Below, in pieces: positions 1 through 8,551 of a stretch of DNA of 32,000 nt; the stretch's first letter is position 1; every line of letters begins with the position of its first letter. This DNA is from an uncultured bacterium. Its GTDB lineage: Bacteria > GCA-001730085. The notes under the pieces were generated by a model. It saw only the letters and a program-made list of their open reading frames with translations. It was not told the DNA's origin and searched no databases. The translations under genes were made by a program, and so were the position numbers. The stretch is from contig CAZMGY010000015.1 of NCBI GenBank assembly GCA_964565945.1, positions 30,001 through 62,000 on the forward strand, given 5' to 3'.

Positions 1-191
1 TCGACATGCACCACAAACGAAAAGGCAATCGCTTCGGGAATAAGGGCTAAAGCCACCGTAAGTCCCGACAATATATCATTCTTGATATTCGAAGGTTTTT
101 TAATAATCAAATCAATCATGCCATCTACCCATTCTTGTTCACCATTTTCGTCCACCAACTTCCATTTAAAGATTTTGGCGGGGGTAGGCAT
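1..191 (-). CDS. SulP/SLC26-family anion permease, 5' fragment (continues beyond window start)
   Basis: Not in the ORF track because there is no stop inside the window. My own translation from the ATG at 189-191 (minus) gives MPTPAKIFKWKLVDENGEQEWVDGMIDLIIKKPSNIKNDILSGLTVALALIPEAIAFSFVVHV. The GLTVALALIPEAIAFS block matches the conserved first-TM signature of SulP transporters. Confidence 0.55.
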   Translation of the reverse strand, partial: MPTPAKIFKWKLVDENGEQEWVDGMIDLIIKKPSNIKNDILSGLTVALALIPEAIAFSFVVHV

Positions 192-333
192 CACCTTAAA
201 GACAAAGGGATCTACTCCATTGGATTTCAAAAACACAAAAAAATATAGAAGTGGTTTGGAGAATGCCAAAGCTCAAGGCAACAACTCTTTAATTGAGTAT
301 CAAAGACAACTTGCTACGCTAAGGTTTATAAAA

Positions 334-795
334 TTAATTATGCGCAAAGGGCTCAATGTCACCAGGTTTGCGCAACATTTTGTTTACCTCACCAATATGT
401 TCTTCTTCGGTGGCAATTGTCGTCCGCGCATACTCTTCGAGCAACACCGATTTGTCTTTCACCAACTTTAAGAGATCCTGATAAAGATTCAAAACTTCAT
501 GCTCGGTCTCTAAGGCTTCCAGCAAAATCTGACCAATATCATGATTGTGCGTTTCAAGCAAAGCACCCATGCCTAAAGAAGGATGTCCTCCCAAATGCGT
601 AATCAACTCTCCCGCCTTATGGGCGTGAGCTAAACCTTCATCGGCTTGAGATCGCAACCATGACACAATCGGAATGCGATGATAGCCAAAAACCATAAAC
701 GAATAATGGGTGTAACGCACCACTCCAGCCAATTCTTTTTCCAAAATTTGATTCAATACATCCAAAACGGCTTCTTGATTGGTGACCGAATTCAT
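334..795 (-). CDS. Ferritin-like di-iron protein (bacterioferritin/Dps-like family)
   Basis: 153 aa. The N-terminus VLDVLNQILEKELAGVVRY resembles bacterioferritin helix A (xxLNxxLxxELxAxxxY). It also has an ELITHLGGHP block and a C-terminal EEEH (ExxH) motif. A GGGAGG sequence lies upstream of the ATG. Confidence 0.7.
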   Translation of the reverse strand: MNSVTNQEAVLDVLNQILEKELAGVVRYTHYSFMVFGYHRIPIVSWLRSQADEGLAHAHKAGELITHLGGHPSLGMGALLETHNHDIGQILLEALETEHEVLNLYQDLLKLVKDKSVLLEEYARTTIATEEEHIGEVNKMLRKPGDIEPFAHN

Positions 796-844
796 AACAA
801 CAATTACCTCCCACAGATATTTATTTCACCACTTCTTATTTTTT

Positions 845-873
845 ATGATAGTCTATTCAGAATAGTAAGACAA
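845..873 (-). promoter_or_regulatory. Candidate sigma70 promoter of the ferritin-like gene with a palindromic operator in the spacer
   Basis: Minus strand reads TTGTCT (873-868), a 17-nt spacer, then TATCAT (850-845). The spacer contains the 13-bp palindrome CTATTC-n-GAATAG (853-865). Confidence 0.35.
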
Positions 874-938
874 GTTTTATTTTATTTTTTTATGAATAAT
901 CTATGTTAGCGTAGCAAGACAAGCAAAGGAGACAAACA

Positions 939-1805
939 ATGTCAGTCGACTCATTATGGACAATCAGCCAAGCCTGGCTTCTTTCTTCGGGCATTCACAT
1001 TATCGTCATTCTTATCCTTACCCTAATCACCCTACGATTATCTCGTTTAATCATTGCGCGTAGCATTTGCATGTACAACGAACATATCAACACTACAGAA
1101 GCGATCAAACGCTCCGACACGCTTAACGCTTTGCTTCGCAGTTTCTTTAGGGTTATTATTTTATCTCTGTCAACTTTTATGATCATTAAGGAGTTTGGCA
1201 TCGACATCCGTCCTATTCTGGCTACAGCTGGCATTTTGGGATTGGCCGTTGGTTTTGGCGCTCAAAAGCTAGTTGCCGATATTATCAGTGGTTTTTTCAT
1301 TTTTTTAGAAAATCAAATCTGCGTCGGAGATGTGGTACAAGTCGCTGGCAAAGGAGGTTTTGTCGAAAGAGTCACCCTACGCATGGTGATTTTGCGTGAT
1401 CTCGCTGGCAATGTTCATTATGTGCGTAATGGCGAAATCAATATTGTCACCAACATGACCAAAGAGTATTCACGGTACGTCTTCGACATTCGCGTGTCTT
1501 ATAATTCAGATGTCGATCACGTGATGCGTGTGATTCAACAAGTGGACGAAGATATGCGCACAAACAGCGCTTTTGTCACCGACATCCTGGAGCCCATTGA
1601 AATTTTAGGACTGGATCAATTTACCGACTCGGCCCTGAGCATCAAAGCCCGCACCAAAACACAACCTATCAAACAATGGGCCGTTGCTCGCGAATTCAAT
1701 CGACGACTTAAAATCGCCTTTGACCAAGAAGGTATTAAGATTCCTTTTCCTCATAGAACTCTATGCTTCAGTGAACCCCTTAGTATTCAAAAAACACGTT
1801 CATAA
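939..1805 (+). CDS. MscS-family small-conductance mechanosensitive channel
   Basis: 288 aa. N-terminal TM helices are followed by the typical MscS beta-domain block LVADIISGFFIFLENQICVGDVVQVAGKGGFVERVTLRMVILRDLAGNVHYVRNGEI. AAGGAG lies 7 nt upstream of the ATG. Confidence 0.85.
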   Translation: MSVDSLWTISQAWLLSSGIHIIVILILTLITLRLSRLIIARSICMYNEHINTTEAIKRSDTLNALLRSFFRVIILSLSTFMIIKEFGIDIRPILATAGILGLAVGFGAQKLVADIISGFFIFLENQICVGDVVQVAGKGGFVERVTLRMVILRDLAGNVHYVRNGEINIVTNMTKEYSRYVFDIRVSYNSDVDHVMRVIQQVDEDMRTNSAFVTDILEPIEILGLDQFTDSALSIKARTKTQPIKQWAVAREFNRRLKIAFDQEGIKIPFPHRTLCFSEPLSIQKTRS

Positions 1806-1824
1806 GGCACCCGATATGTTTAGG

Positions 1825-3567
1825 TTATAAATGCATGAACTGCATTCGAAACAATTTGGCATAAAACCCATTCAAAACCATCAGCTCCTCATGCGACCCT
1901 TGCTCGACAATAGCACCATCTTTAAGAGCTAGAATATGGTCGGCTTTTTGAATTGTCGACAAGCGATGGGCAATCACGAGAGCTGTTTTTTTCTTTAACA
2001 GTTGCTCGATGCCTGCTTGAATTTTCTGTTCATTCAACGAGTCCACTGACGCAGTCGCTTCATCGAGCAAAACAATAGGCGCAGGACTGGTCAAAGCACG
2101 GGCAAACGAAATCAACTGCGCTTCTCCCTGAGAAAGAGCCACATTTTTAGCGTTCAAAACCGTTTCATACCCTTGAGGCAAACGCTCAATGAACTCATGC
2201 GCTTGCGCCAACTTAGCCGCAGCAATCATCGCTTCACGAGAAATGCGCTCATCCCCCATAGTGATGTTAAAGGCAATCGAACGTGAGAGCAAATACACAT
2301 CCTGCAATACAGCCGCAATGTTACGACGCAAATCATTTAAACGAATCTCCTTCACATTGACACCATCAAGGGTGATCTGGCCTTCATAACCCTCATACAA
2401 ACGAGAGATCAAACGGCTAATTGTTGTCTTGCCAGCTCCCGTTGGCCCTACAATGGCGACCACTTGGCCTGGCTGCATATCGAACGAAATTTTTTTGAGT
2501 ATCGGTTTATCTTCGTGCCCACGATAAGCAAAAGAAACATCTCGAAAATGAATCCGTCCTTCAACGTGAGCCAAAGATTTATCTCCATCAAGAATATGTT
2601 CTTTCACATCAAAGGCGCCAAAAATTTTTTCAAGTGCAGCCAAAGCGTGTTGCAAAATAGTAAATTTGCTTGATAAATCTTTGAGAGGAGCAAACAACTT
2701 ATAGGTGTAATCAATGAACGCCACCAACAAACCCAGAGTTATGCCGTTTGCCTTAAGCTCCCCCGACAAGCCGTACCACAGTAAAACAGCAATCACCACA
2801 AAAGACATTGATTCAATCAAAGAATACAACACCGCATCATAACTTACCGATTTCATGACCACATGACGATAACGACGATTCGCATCTTCAAACATAGCTT
2901 CCTGGACCGACTCGCGTTGAAACAACTGAATCATTAAGACCCCTTGCAGTTGCTCTTGTAGAAAAGCATTCAAAGTTCCTGTTGTGTTGCGAATCCGATT
3001 AAAAAGATGTCTCATTTGGACACGAATAAAATTCATCAACACGATAATAAACGGAACAAAACAGATTGAAATCAATGCTAGTTTGGCATTTAAATAAAGC
3101 ATCATGCCAAAAATACCTATCAGAATAAGTAAGTCACTCAAGAGCGTCACCATGCCACTACTAAAACTTTCGTTCAACGACTCTACGTCCGATGTTAAAC
3201 GTGAGGTCATCTCCCCCAGCGGTGTACGATCAAAATAGCTCAATGATAAGGACTGAATGTGTTTAAAAAGATCACTACGAATGTGCGAGACCGTTTTCTG
3301 TCCAATGTACTGGAAAAGATAACTTTGTACCGAACGAAAAACAAACTCCAAAACCACCGCTAAACCAAATAAAATCGACAAACCATACAGTCCATCTAAG
3401 TCTTCTTGCATCATATACTGATCGATCCCCAGTTTAAGCAAATAAGGTTGCCACAAATGCATCACAGTCAGCAAAGGTATCAAAACAAAAGCCAACATAA
3501 GCCCAAAGCGATATCGTTTGAGATACATCCAAAATCTAAGTAAATAAGCTAAATTGGTTTTAGCCAT
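1825..3567 (-). CDS. ABC exporter, fused permease/ATPase subunit B (canonical Walker B, deviant signature)
   Basis: Six-TM exporter domain plus an NBD. Walker A is GPTGAGKTT, the signature is LSQGEAQ (deviates from LSGGQ), Walker B is IVLLDEATASVD, and the H-loop is AHRLST. I moved the start to the ATG at 3567 (MAKTNLAYLL), which gives an 8-nt overlap with the upstream stop. Confidence 0.9.
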   Translation of the reverse strand: MAKTNLAYLLRFWMYLKRYRFGLMLAFVLIPLLTVMHLWQPYLLKLGIDQYMMQEDLDGLYGLSILFGLAVVLEFVFRSVQSYLFQYIGQKTVSHIRSDLFKHIQSLSLSYFDRTPLGEMTSRLTSDVESLNESFSSGMVTLLSDLLILIGIFGMMLYLNAKLALISICFVPFIIVLMNFIRVQMRHLFNRIRNTTGTLNAFLQEQLQGVLMIQLFQRESVQEAMFEDANRRYRHVVMKSVSYDAVLYSLIESMSFVVIAVLLWYGLSGELKANGITLGLLVAFIDYTYKLFAPLKDLSSKFTILQHALAALEKIFGAFDVKEHILDGDKSLAHVEGRIHFRDVSFAYRGHEDKPILKKISFDMQPGQVVAIVGPTGAGKTTISRLISRLYEGYEGQITLDGVNVKEIRLNDLRRNIAAVLQDVYLLSRSIAFNITMGDERISREAMIAAAKLAQAHEFIERLPQGYETVLNAKNVALSQGEAQLISFARALTSPAPIVLLDEATASVDSLNEQKIQAGIEQLLKKKTALVIAHRLSTIQKADHILALKDGAIVEQGSHEELMVLNGFYAKLFRMQFMHL

Positions 3568-5311
3568 AACTTTCTTGATCCATCTTTTGATATCTCCATG
3601 TATCCCGATAAACACCAGGTTGAGCTATCAATGTTTCATGCGTTCCTTGAGCCGCAACTTTCCCATGTTCAATCACTAAAATGTGCTCACAACGCATTAA
3701 AGCACTCACGCGATGCGAAACAATCACTTTGGTCGCCTCGGTGTTGTGACCATACAAACGTTCGATAAGCTCTTTTTCGGTTTTGTGATCAACAGCTGAA
3801 AGAATATCATCCAAAATCAAAAAAGCGTAAGGTTTAAAAAGAGCTCGCGCTAAAGCAATGCGATTACGTTGCCCTCCCGACAAAATCACACCTTTTTCAC
3901 CAACCAAGGTCTGATACCCTTGCGGAAATATGTTAATATCTTTGTCGACACAAGCTAAATGAGCCATATCTTGACTGCGCTGATCACGCAAAACAGCACC
4001 TTCGACATCGGCAAAAGCAATATTATCAACAATGCTTTCGGAAAAAAGAAAACTCGATTGAGGTACATACGACAACATCTTACGATAGCTTTGCAACGGC
4101 CATGTTTCGATGGAGTGACCATTCACAAACACCGTATCTCGAGGCGCTTTTTCAACCCCAGCCAAAAGTTGTGCCAAAACACTCTTTCCTGAGCCAGTAG
4201 TTCCAAATATCCCCAAACTATGCCCTGGAGACAATTGAAAAGACACATTTTTCAAAATAGGTGGCCCATTGTCTTCAAAAGAAAAGGACAGATTTTTCAC
4301 CTCTAAGCCGACCGTATTGGAAGGTTGCAAGCTGTAATCAGTCAAAGGAGAATCTTGAACTTCGGGACTTTCGTCCATAATGGACTGAATCCGCTTAAGC
4401 GAAGCGCGACCTCTTTGAACTATATGACTGATCCAAGCAAAAGCCGCCGTCGGCCAAGCCAGCATATACAAATAAGCCGAAATGGCCACAAATTCGCCCA
4501 GGGTCAACTGCCGTTCAATCACCATCCGACCACCAATAATAAATAAAAAGAATTGCCCCAAACTGCTGATAATACCGATAAAAGGAAACATCTGCGCCCG
4601 AATTCGGCAAACTTTGAGATGATTGCGCTCGTACGCCAAATTTTCCTCTTCGAACGCTTGTTGAACACCTTCTTCGGCCGCAAAGCTTTTGATAATGCGA
4701 ACACCCCCCAAAGCCTCCACAATAAAATGCGTCAGATCCCCCAATCGCTGCTGAGTTCGTGCCGTGTAACGGTACAAATTTTTGGCCAAACGCAAAATTA
4801 TAAGCATCACAATTGGAATCGGACTCATCACAATCAACATAAGACCTAAATCCATCAACTGCATTTGATAAAAAACAAAAGAATACACCAAAAAAGTGTT
4901 CACAACATGCAACACCGCAAGGCCAACCATCAAACGAATATTGTTAATATCGTTCAACATACGCGACATCAGATCACCAATCGAAATGCGACGAAAAAAA
5001 GACTGCGGCAACTGCATCAGTTGATGATAAACATCTTTGCGAAGCTCATACTCGACATAACGACCAGGATAAAAAACTAAAATGCGCGACAAAGTGCGCA
5101 CCACTAACACACCTAAAGCCAAACCAATAATACTGCCAATCATAGTCACTAAAGAGCCGTCACCCTCAGTTACCGTCGCAAAGACATTAATCACATCTTT
5201 CACCTTAAGGGAAATAAGAATCGTCAAATAGTTGGTCAGAATAAGACACAAAAACCCCAAAACAAAATAGGACCAATGCTTTAGCAAATACTGTTTCAAA
5301 AAAGATGTCAC
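3560..5311 (-). CDS. ABC exporter, fused permease/ATPase subunit A (Walker B Glu replaced by Asp)
   Basis: 583 aa. Walker A is GTTGSGKS, the signature is LSGGQRNR, and Walker B is FLILDDILSAVD (DD instead of DE). The H-loop His is present. Confidence 0.9.
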   Translation of the reverse strand: MTSFLKQYLLKHWSYFVLGFLCLILTNYLTILISLKVKDVINVFATVTEGDGSLVTMIGSIIGLALGVLVVRTLSRILVFYPGRYVEYELRKDVYHQLMQLPQSFFRRISIGDLMSRMLNDINNIRLMVGLAVLHVVNTFLVYSFVFYQMQLMDLGLMLIVMSPIPIVMLIILRLAKNLYRYTARTQQRLGDLTHFIVEALGGVRIIKSFAAEEGVQQAFEEENLAYERNHLKVCRIRAQMFPFIGIISSLGQFFLFIIGGRMVIERQLTLGEFVAISAYLYMLAWPTAAFAWISHIVQRGRASLKRIQSIMDESPEVQDSPLTDYSLQPSNTVGLEVKNLSFSFEDNGPPILKNVSFQLSPGHSLGIFGTTGSGKSVLAQLLAGVEKAPRDTVFVNGHSIETWPLQSYRKMLSYVPQSSFLFSESIVDNIAFADVEGAVLRDQRSQDMAHLACVDKDINIFPQGYQTLVGEKGVILSGGQRNRIALARALFKPYAFLILDDILSAVDHKTEKELIERLYGHNTEATKVIVSHRVSALMRCEHILVIEHGKVAAQGTHETLIAQPGVYRDTWRYQKMDQESYG

Positions 5312-5314
5312 GCC

Positions 5315-6559
5315 TCACTCCCTTTCTAACAACAAAGACTGAGGGACCACACGGGGTGTCCAGGGTAATTTCACAAGTTCTCCAGCTTCCACACAACCCA
5401 CTTGTGTTTCATTTAAAAGTTTTATCTCTTGAATGTCAACCAAACATTCGCGATTCTCAGGTGTGCGATACAGTGCTTTCGTCCCCTGTTGAAGTAACGA
5501 ACGCACCTCAACAACAACACACTTGCCTTTAACCACGTCGACCACACGAGCCAAAACCTTTCCCCCACGCAAGGCAACGCCTCGTCGTTTGACATAGTCG
5601 GTCCGATTGGCCAAGAAAAACCCTGCTTTGAACGGGCGCTGGGCTGTGTCTTGTAACTTTGATAAAGACAAGGGGCGCATGCGATAAATATCTTGACCTA
5701 AACGCATCAAGGCCTCTGCTTCATAACGATAAACCTCCAGAGCTGCCACCATATAGTCCAAGGACTTTCCTCTCGCATCAATCAGCCAAGAATCCAATTG
5801 TAGGTCCATGAGTTGAGGCATGTATTTGAGCAAACAGCGATCCGCCCAAAAATACATAAAGTGACCATGGGGATTATCATAAAAAGGAAAAGGTCGTCCA
5901 TCTCGCGTTGTGTCGTAAGCAACTTTATACATCACGGGCGCCAAAGTATCAGGATCATCATCAGACGCAGCTATTTGTCCAACCATCAAACGTCGGTAGG
6001 TATATTGAATCAGCAAAGGACCTTGAACTTGAAGCTCCCAAGGCCCCTCGACCTTAAGCATCACCTCTTTCATTCCCTCATAAGTCATTTCATTGGTGAA
6101 CGTTTGCTGAAATACCCCTTGCCTCTTAAAAAACCTTAAACTCTCATGATTGTTATTGCCTGTTTCGGTGGCCAAATGAATCACAAACTCGGGCGCATGC
6201 TGCTTAAACCAGCCAATAAGGCCCGGGTCCTGAATCCTCACCGTACTTATCTTAGCCTTACGAAGACTGTCCCTCATAGCCTTCAACAGGGGTGTATGTT
6301 TAAGGTGAATCATCACATCACAGTTGAAGCATAATTCAATATCGGATCGAATTTCGCGGGCCTGCTCGGCCAAGGTCACCGCTTTATCAAAATGAAGCAA
6401 AGAAAAATCATCGCTATAAGAACGAACCGATAACTTAGAGTCTTCGATAATAAGGCGATCAGCACCAGCCTCTAAAGCTTTTTTAAGCTGATCAACCGTT
6501 GCAATAAATGTTGTGAGTAAAGGTATCCGCATATCCCTAAACAGCTTTTTTATGGACAT
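5315..6559 (-). CDS. Peptidase-U32-family protein, divergent paralog lacking the four-cysteine Fe-S motif
   Basis: 414 aa. The N-terminus IPLLTTFIATVDQLKKALEAGADRLII parallels the PEILAPAGNLAKLKVALTYGADAVYV of the neighbouring U32 protein. The C-terminus looks like a U32 beta-barrel domain (GKVLARVVDVVKGKCVVVEV...GELVKLPW). No CX6CX15CX3C motif is present. The start is uncertain: ATG at 6559 or ATG at 6532 (MRIPLL). Confidence 0.7.
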   Translation of the reverse strand: MSIKKLFRDMRIPLLTTFIATVDQLKKALEAGADRLIIEDSKLSVRSYSDDFSLLHFDKAVTLAEQAREIRSDIELCFNCDVMIHLKHTPLLKAMRDSLRKAKISTVRIQDPGLIGWFKQHAPEFVIHLATETGNNNHESLRFFKRQGVFQQTFTNEMTYEGMKEVMLKVEGPWELQVQGPLLIQYTYRRLMVGQIAASDDDPDTLAPVMYKVAYDTTRDGRPFPFYDNPHGHFMYFWADRCLLKYMPQLMDLQLDSWLIDARGKSLDYMVAALEVYRYEAEALMRLGQDIYRMRPLSLSKLQDTAQRPFKAGFFLANRTDYVKRRGVALRGGKVLARVVDVVKGKCVVVEVRSLLQQGTKALYRTPENRECLVDIQEIKLLNETQVGCVEAGELVKLPWTPRVVPQSLLLERE

Positions 6560-7760
6560 GGGGATCTAACACATAGACAATATAGGCAGGCCAAGCCTCT
6601 TCACTCGGAAGATAAACAAGCGAGTTAGGTTTCGCCAAAGCCACTCTCTGACCGCAGATATCGTATAGAGACGTCAAGCTATAGCTGACCTCTGCCCCAT
6701 CGGGTGTCAACAAGATCAGTTGATCTTGTTCTGTGAATGGAAACCGAACTTCAAGTAATAGACCTTTGTCGGGATCGTAAGAACGAACCATACCCGCATA
6801 CTGCCAACCCCGCACATAGCCCCCTTGCTCATAGTGCAAGGACTCACCAAAAGCACGCTGATCCAAATTCCCCTGAGTAAATGTCCGGTTGGAAATTCGA
6901 GACAACTGTTCCTCATAGCAAGAAGCATCCCACTCCTCCAGGCGTCCTTGTTGAAATAACTCCCAACAATGATCGAGGGCCTTGCGATAAATCCGACAGG
7001 CCTGTGCAACATAAAGCGGTGACTTCATCCGCCCTTCAAGCTTAAGAGAATCCAAGCCTGAACGCAAAATGTCTGGTAACAATCTGACCGCCATAAGGTC
7101 ACGAGCATTCATAATATAGCTGTTACTTTCGAGCTCTTGCGTTTGAGCATCATGAACCTGGTAAGCATAACGACAGCTGTGAACACAGCCCCCTCGGTTA
7201 GAGTCTCGTCCTGCCGTATAATTAGAAATAGTGCACTTTCCAGAGTAACTCGTGCACATCGAACCGTGAACAAAAGTTTCCAACTCAATAGGCACATTAT
7301 TATGAATATACTGCGTTTCCGTTAAAGACACTTCACGCGCCAAAATCACACGTTTCGCTCCCGCTTCGGCCCACATACGTGCATGAAAAGCATTGGTCAC
7401 ACTGGCTTGTGTCGACACATGCAAAGGAATTGAGGTGACTTTTTTAGCCACCGAAAACAAACCCGCATCCGACACAATCAGCGCATCTGGACCAATGGCA
7501 TCCAAACGTTTAAGACACTCTTGCAAAGATTGCATCTCATGATAATGCGGCATAGCGTTCATCGCCACATAGATTTTTTTGCCACGATCATGGGCATAGA
7601 CCACCGCTTGATTTAATTCATCATAACTTAAATTATCAGAACCTTGGCGCAAACCGTACTGAGGAACCCCAACATAGACCGCATCAGCACCGTAAGTTAA
7701 GGCCACCTTAAGCTTGGCTAAATTACCAGCCGGAGCCAAAATTTCTGGCTTTGCAAGCAT
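6537..7760 (-). CDS. Peptidase-U32-family protein with the canonical 4Fe-4S cysteine motif (UbiU/UbiV/TrhP/RlhA-type hydroxylase family)
   Basis: 407 aa. It begins KPEILAPAGNLAKLKVAL...GADAVYVG. It contains HGSMCTSYSGKCTISNYTAGRDSNRGGCVHSCRY, which is CX6CX15CX3C (Cys169/176/192/196). Confidence 0.85.
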   Translation of the reverse strand: MLAKPEILAPAGNLAKLKVALTYGADAVYVGVPQYGLRQGSDNLSYDELNQAVVYAHDRGKKIYVAMNAMPHYHEMQSLQECLKRLDAIGPDALIVSDAGLFSVAKKVTSIPLHVSTQASVTNAFHARMWAEAGAKRVILAREVSLTETQYIHNNVPIELETFVHGSMCTSYSGKCTISNYTAGRDSNRGGCVHSCRYAYQVHDAQTQELESNSYIMNARDLMAVRLLPDILRSGLDSLKLEGRMKSPLYVAQACRIYRKALDHCWELFQQGRLEEWDASCYEEQLSRISNRTFTQGNLDQRAFGESLHYEQGGYVRGWQYAGMVRSYDPDKGLLLEVRFPFTEQDQLILLTPDGAEVSYSLTSLYDICGQRVALAKPNSLVYLPSEEAWPAYIVYVLDPHVHKKAV

Positions 7761-7781
7761 ATCGACACCTGAAAAAACGGG

Positions 7782-8357
7782 TTAAAAATTAAACGACGTC
7801 CCACAACCACACGAACCTGTGGCATTAGGATTTTGGAATTTAAAGCCACTCTCCATCATCGTGCTGGTGTAATGAATTTCTAAACCATTCAACAAGGGAG
7901 CACTATCTTTTTCGACAAAAATTTTAAGACCTTCATTTTGAATCACAAAGTCATCCGTTTCTGGTTCGGCAATAAACTTCATGTCATACGAAGCTCCAGC
8001 ACAGCCCCCAGCCACAACAGCTAAACGCAAACCTTGATTTTGGTCATCTTCTTGACTTAAAAGATGCCTCATCCGCTCCAAGCCTTCAATGGTGATTGTG
8101 ATTGAAAAAGCAGGACTCGAACCTTGAGTAGTCTCATTTTCGGAAATGCTTTGGTTCAATTCAGCAATCATAGCATCCAAAACATCTTCACCCAAACCAT
8201 GGCCCAAGACACCTTGTTCCAAGGTTTCAAACGTGCTGGCATGACAACCCACACAGTGTAAACCATAACTCTCCATAGCATTAGCCAGCTGTTGTGCGTG
8301 TTTAGGGAAACAACTCAACACATCCCCAATAGTCATCTGACGATTAATTTCATTCAT
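7782..8357 (-). CDS. Fusion protein: DUF1858 (hybrid-cluster-associated redox-disulfide domain) + A-type Fe-S carrier (IscA/HesB/ErpA-like)
   Basis: The N-terminus MTIGDVLSCFPKHAQ...YGLHCVGCHASTFETLEQG is the GLHCxGC DUF1858 pattern. The C-terminal half has the A-type carrier cysteines (GGCAGASY ... GSCGCGTSF). AAGGAG lies 9 nt upstream of the ATG. Confidence 0.8.
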   Translation of the reverse strand: MNEINRQMTIGDVLSCFPKHAQQLANAMESYGLHCVGCHASTFETLEQGVLGHGLGEDVLDAMIAELNQSISENETTQGSSPAFSITITIEGLERMRHLLSQEDDQNQGLRLAVVAGGCAGASYDMKFIAEPETDDFVIQNEGLKIFVEKDSAPLLNGLEIHYTSTMMESGFKFQNPNATGSCGCGTSFNF

Positions 8358-8384
8358 ACTCTTAAACTCCTTTAAAACAGTTTG

Positions 8385-8414
8385 ATTGTATCACTAAACG
8401 AACCTCTCATCCAA
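8385..8414 (-). promoter_or_regulatory. Candidate extended -10 sigma70 promoter for the DUF1858-IscA / U32 / ABC unit
   Basis: Minus strand reads TTGGAT (8414-8409), an 18-nt spacer, then TGaTACAAT (8393-8385). It sits in an AT-rich 194-bp gap, about 28 nt upstream of the ATG at 8357. Confidence 0.4.
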
Positions 8415-8551
8415 GTTCCTTCAATAAAAACTATCCATTTGATACATATAAATATATTTTATTTTTTTTGTGCCATGTCCTTGTGGCTACGTCTGCCACT
8501 TCTAGACATTAAAATAATTAACCATAGCATTCAATAATTTGGTGAAACAAT

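Noticed and set aside
853-865. Palindrome upstream of the ferritin-like gene considered as a Fur box
   Set aside because: By-eye alignment to the 19-bp Fur consensus matches only a few positions. I kept it as an unassigned operator candidate.
3568-3615. 56-nt overlap between the two ABC genes implied by the track start at 3615
   Set aside because: The internal ATG at 3567 (MAKTNLAYLL) gives the common short 8-nt overlap with the upstream stop and a sensible N-terminus. The longer form adds 16 residues with no support.
8483-8499. Hairpin GTGGC-tacgtct-GCCAC after gshB, considered as a terminator
   Set aside because: On the transcribed (minus) strand it is followed by an A-run, not a U-run. 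The T8 run precedes the stem on the plus strand, where there is no gene to terminate. The stem is only 5 bp.
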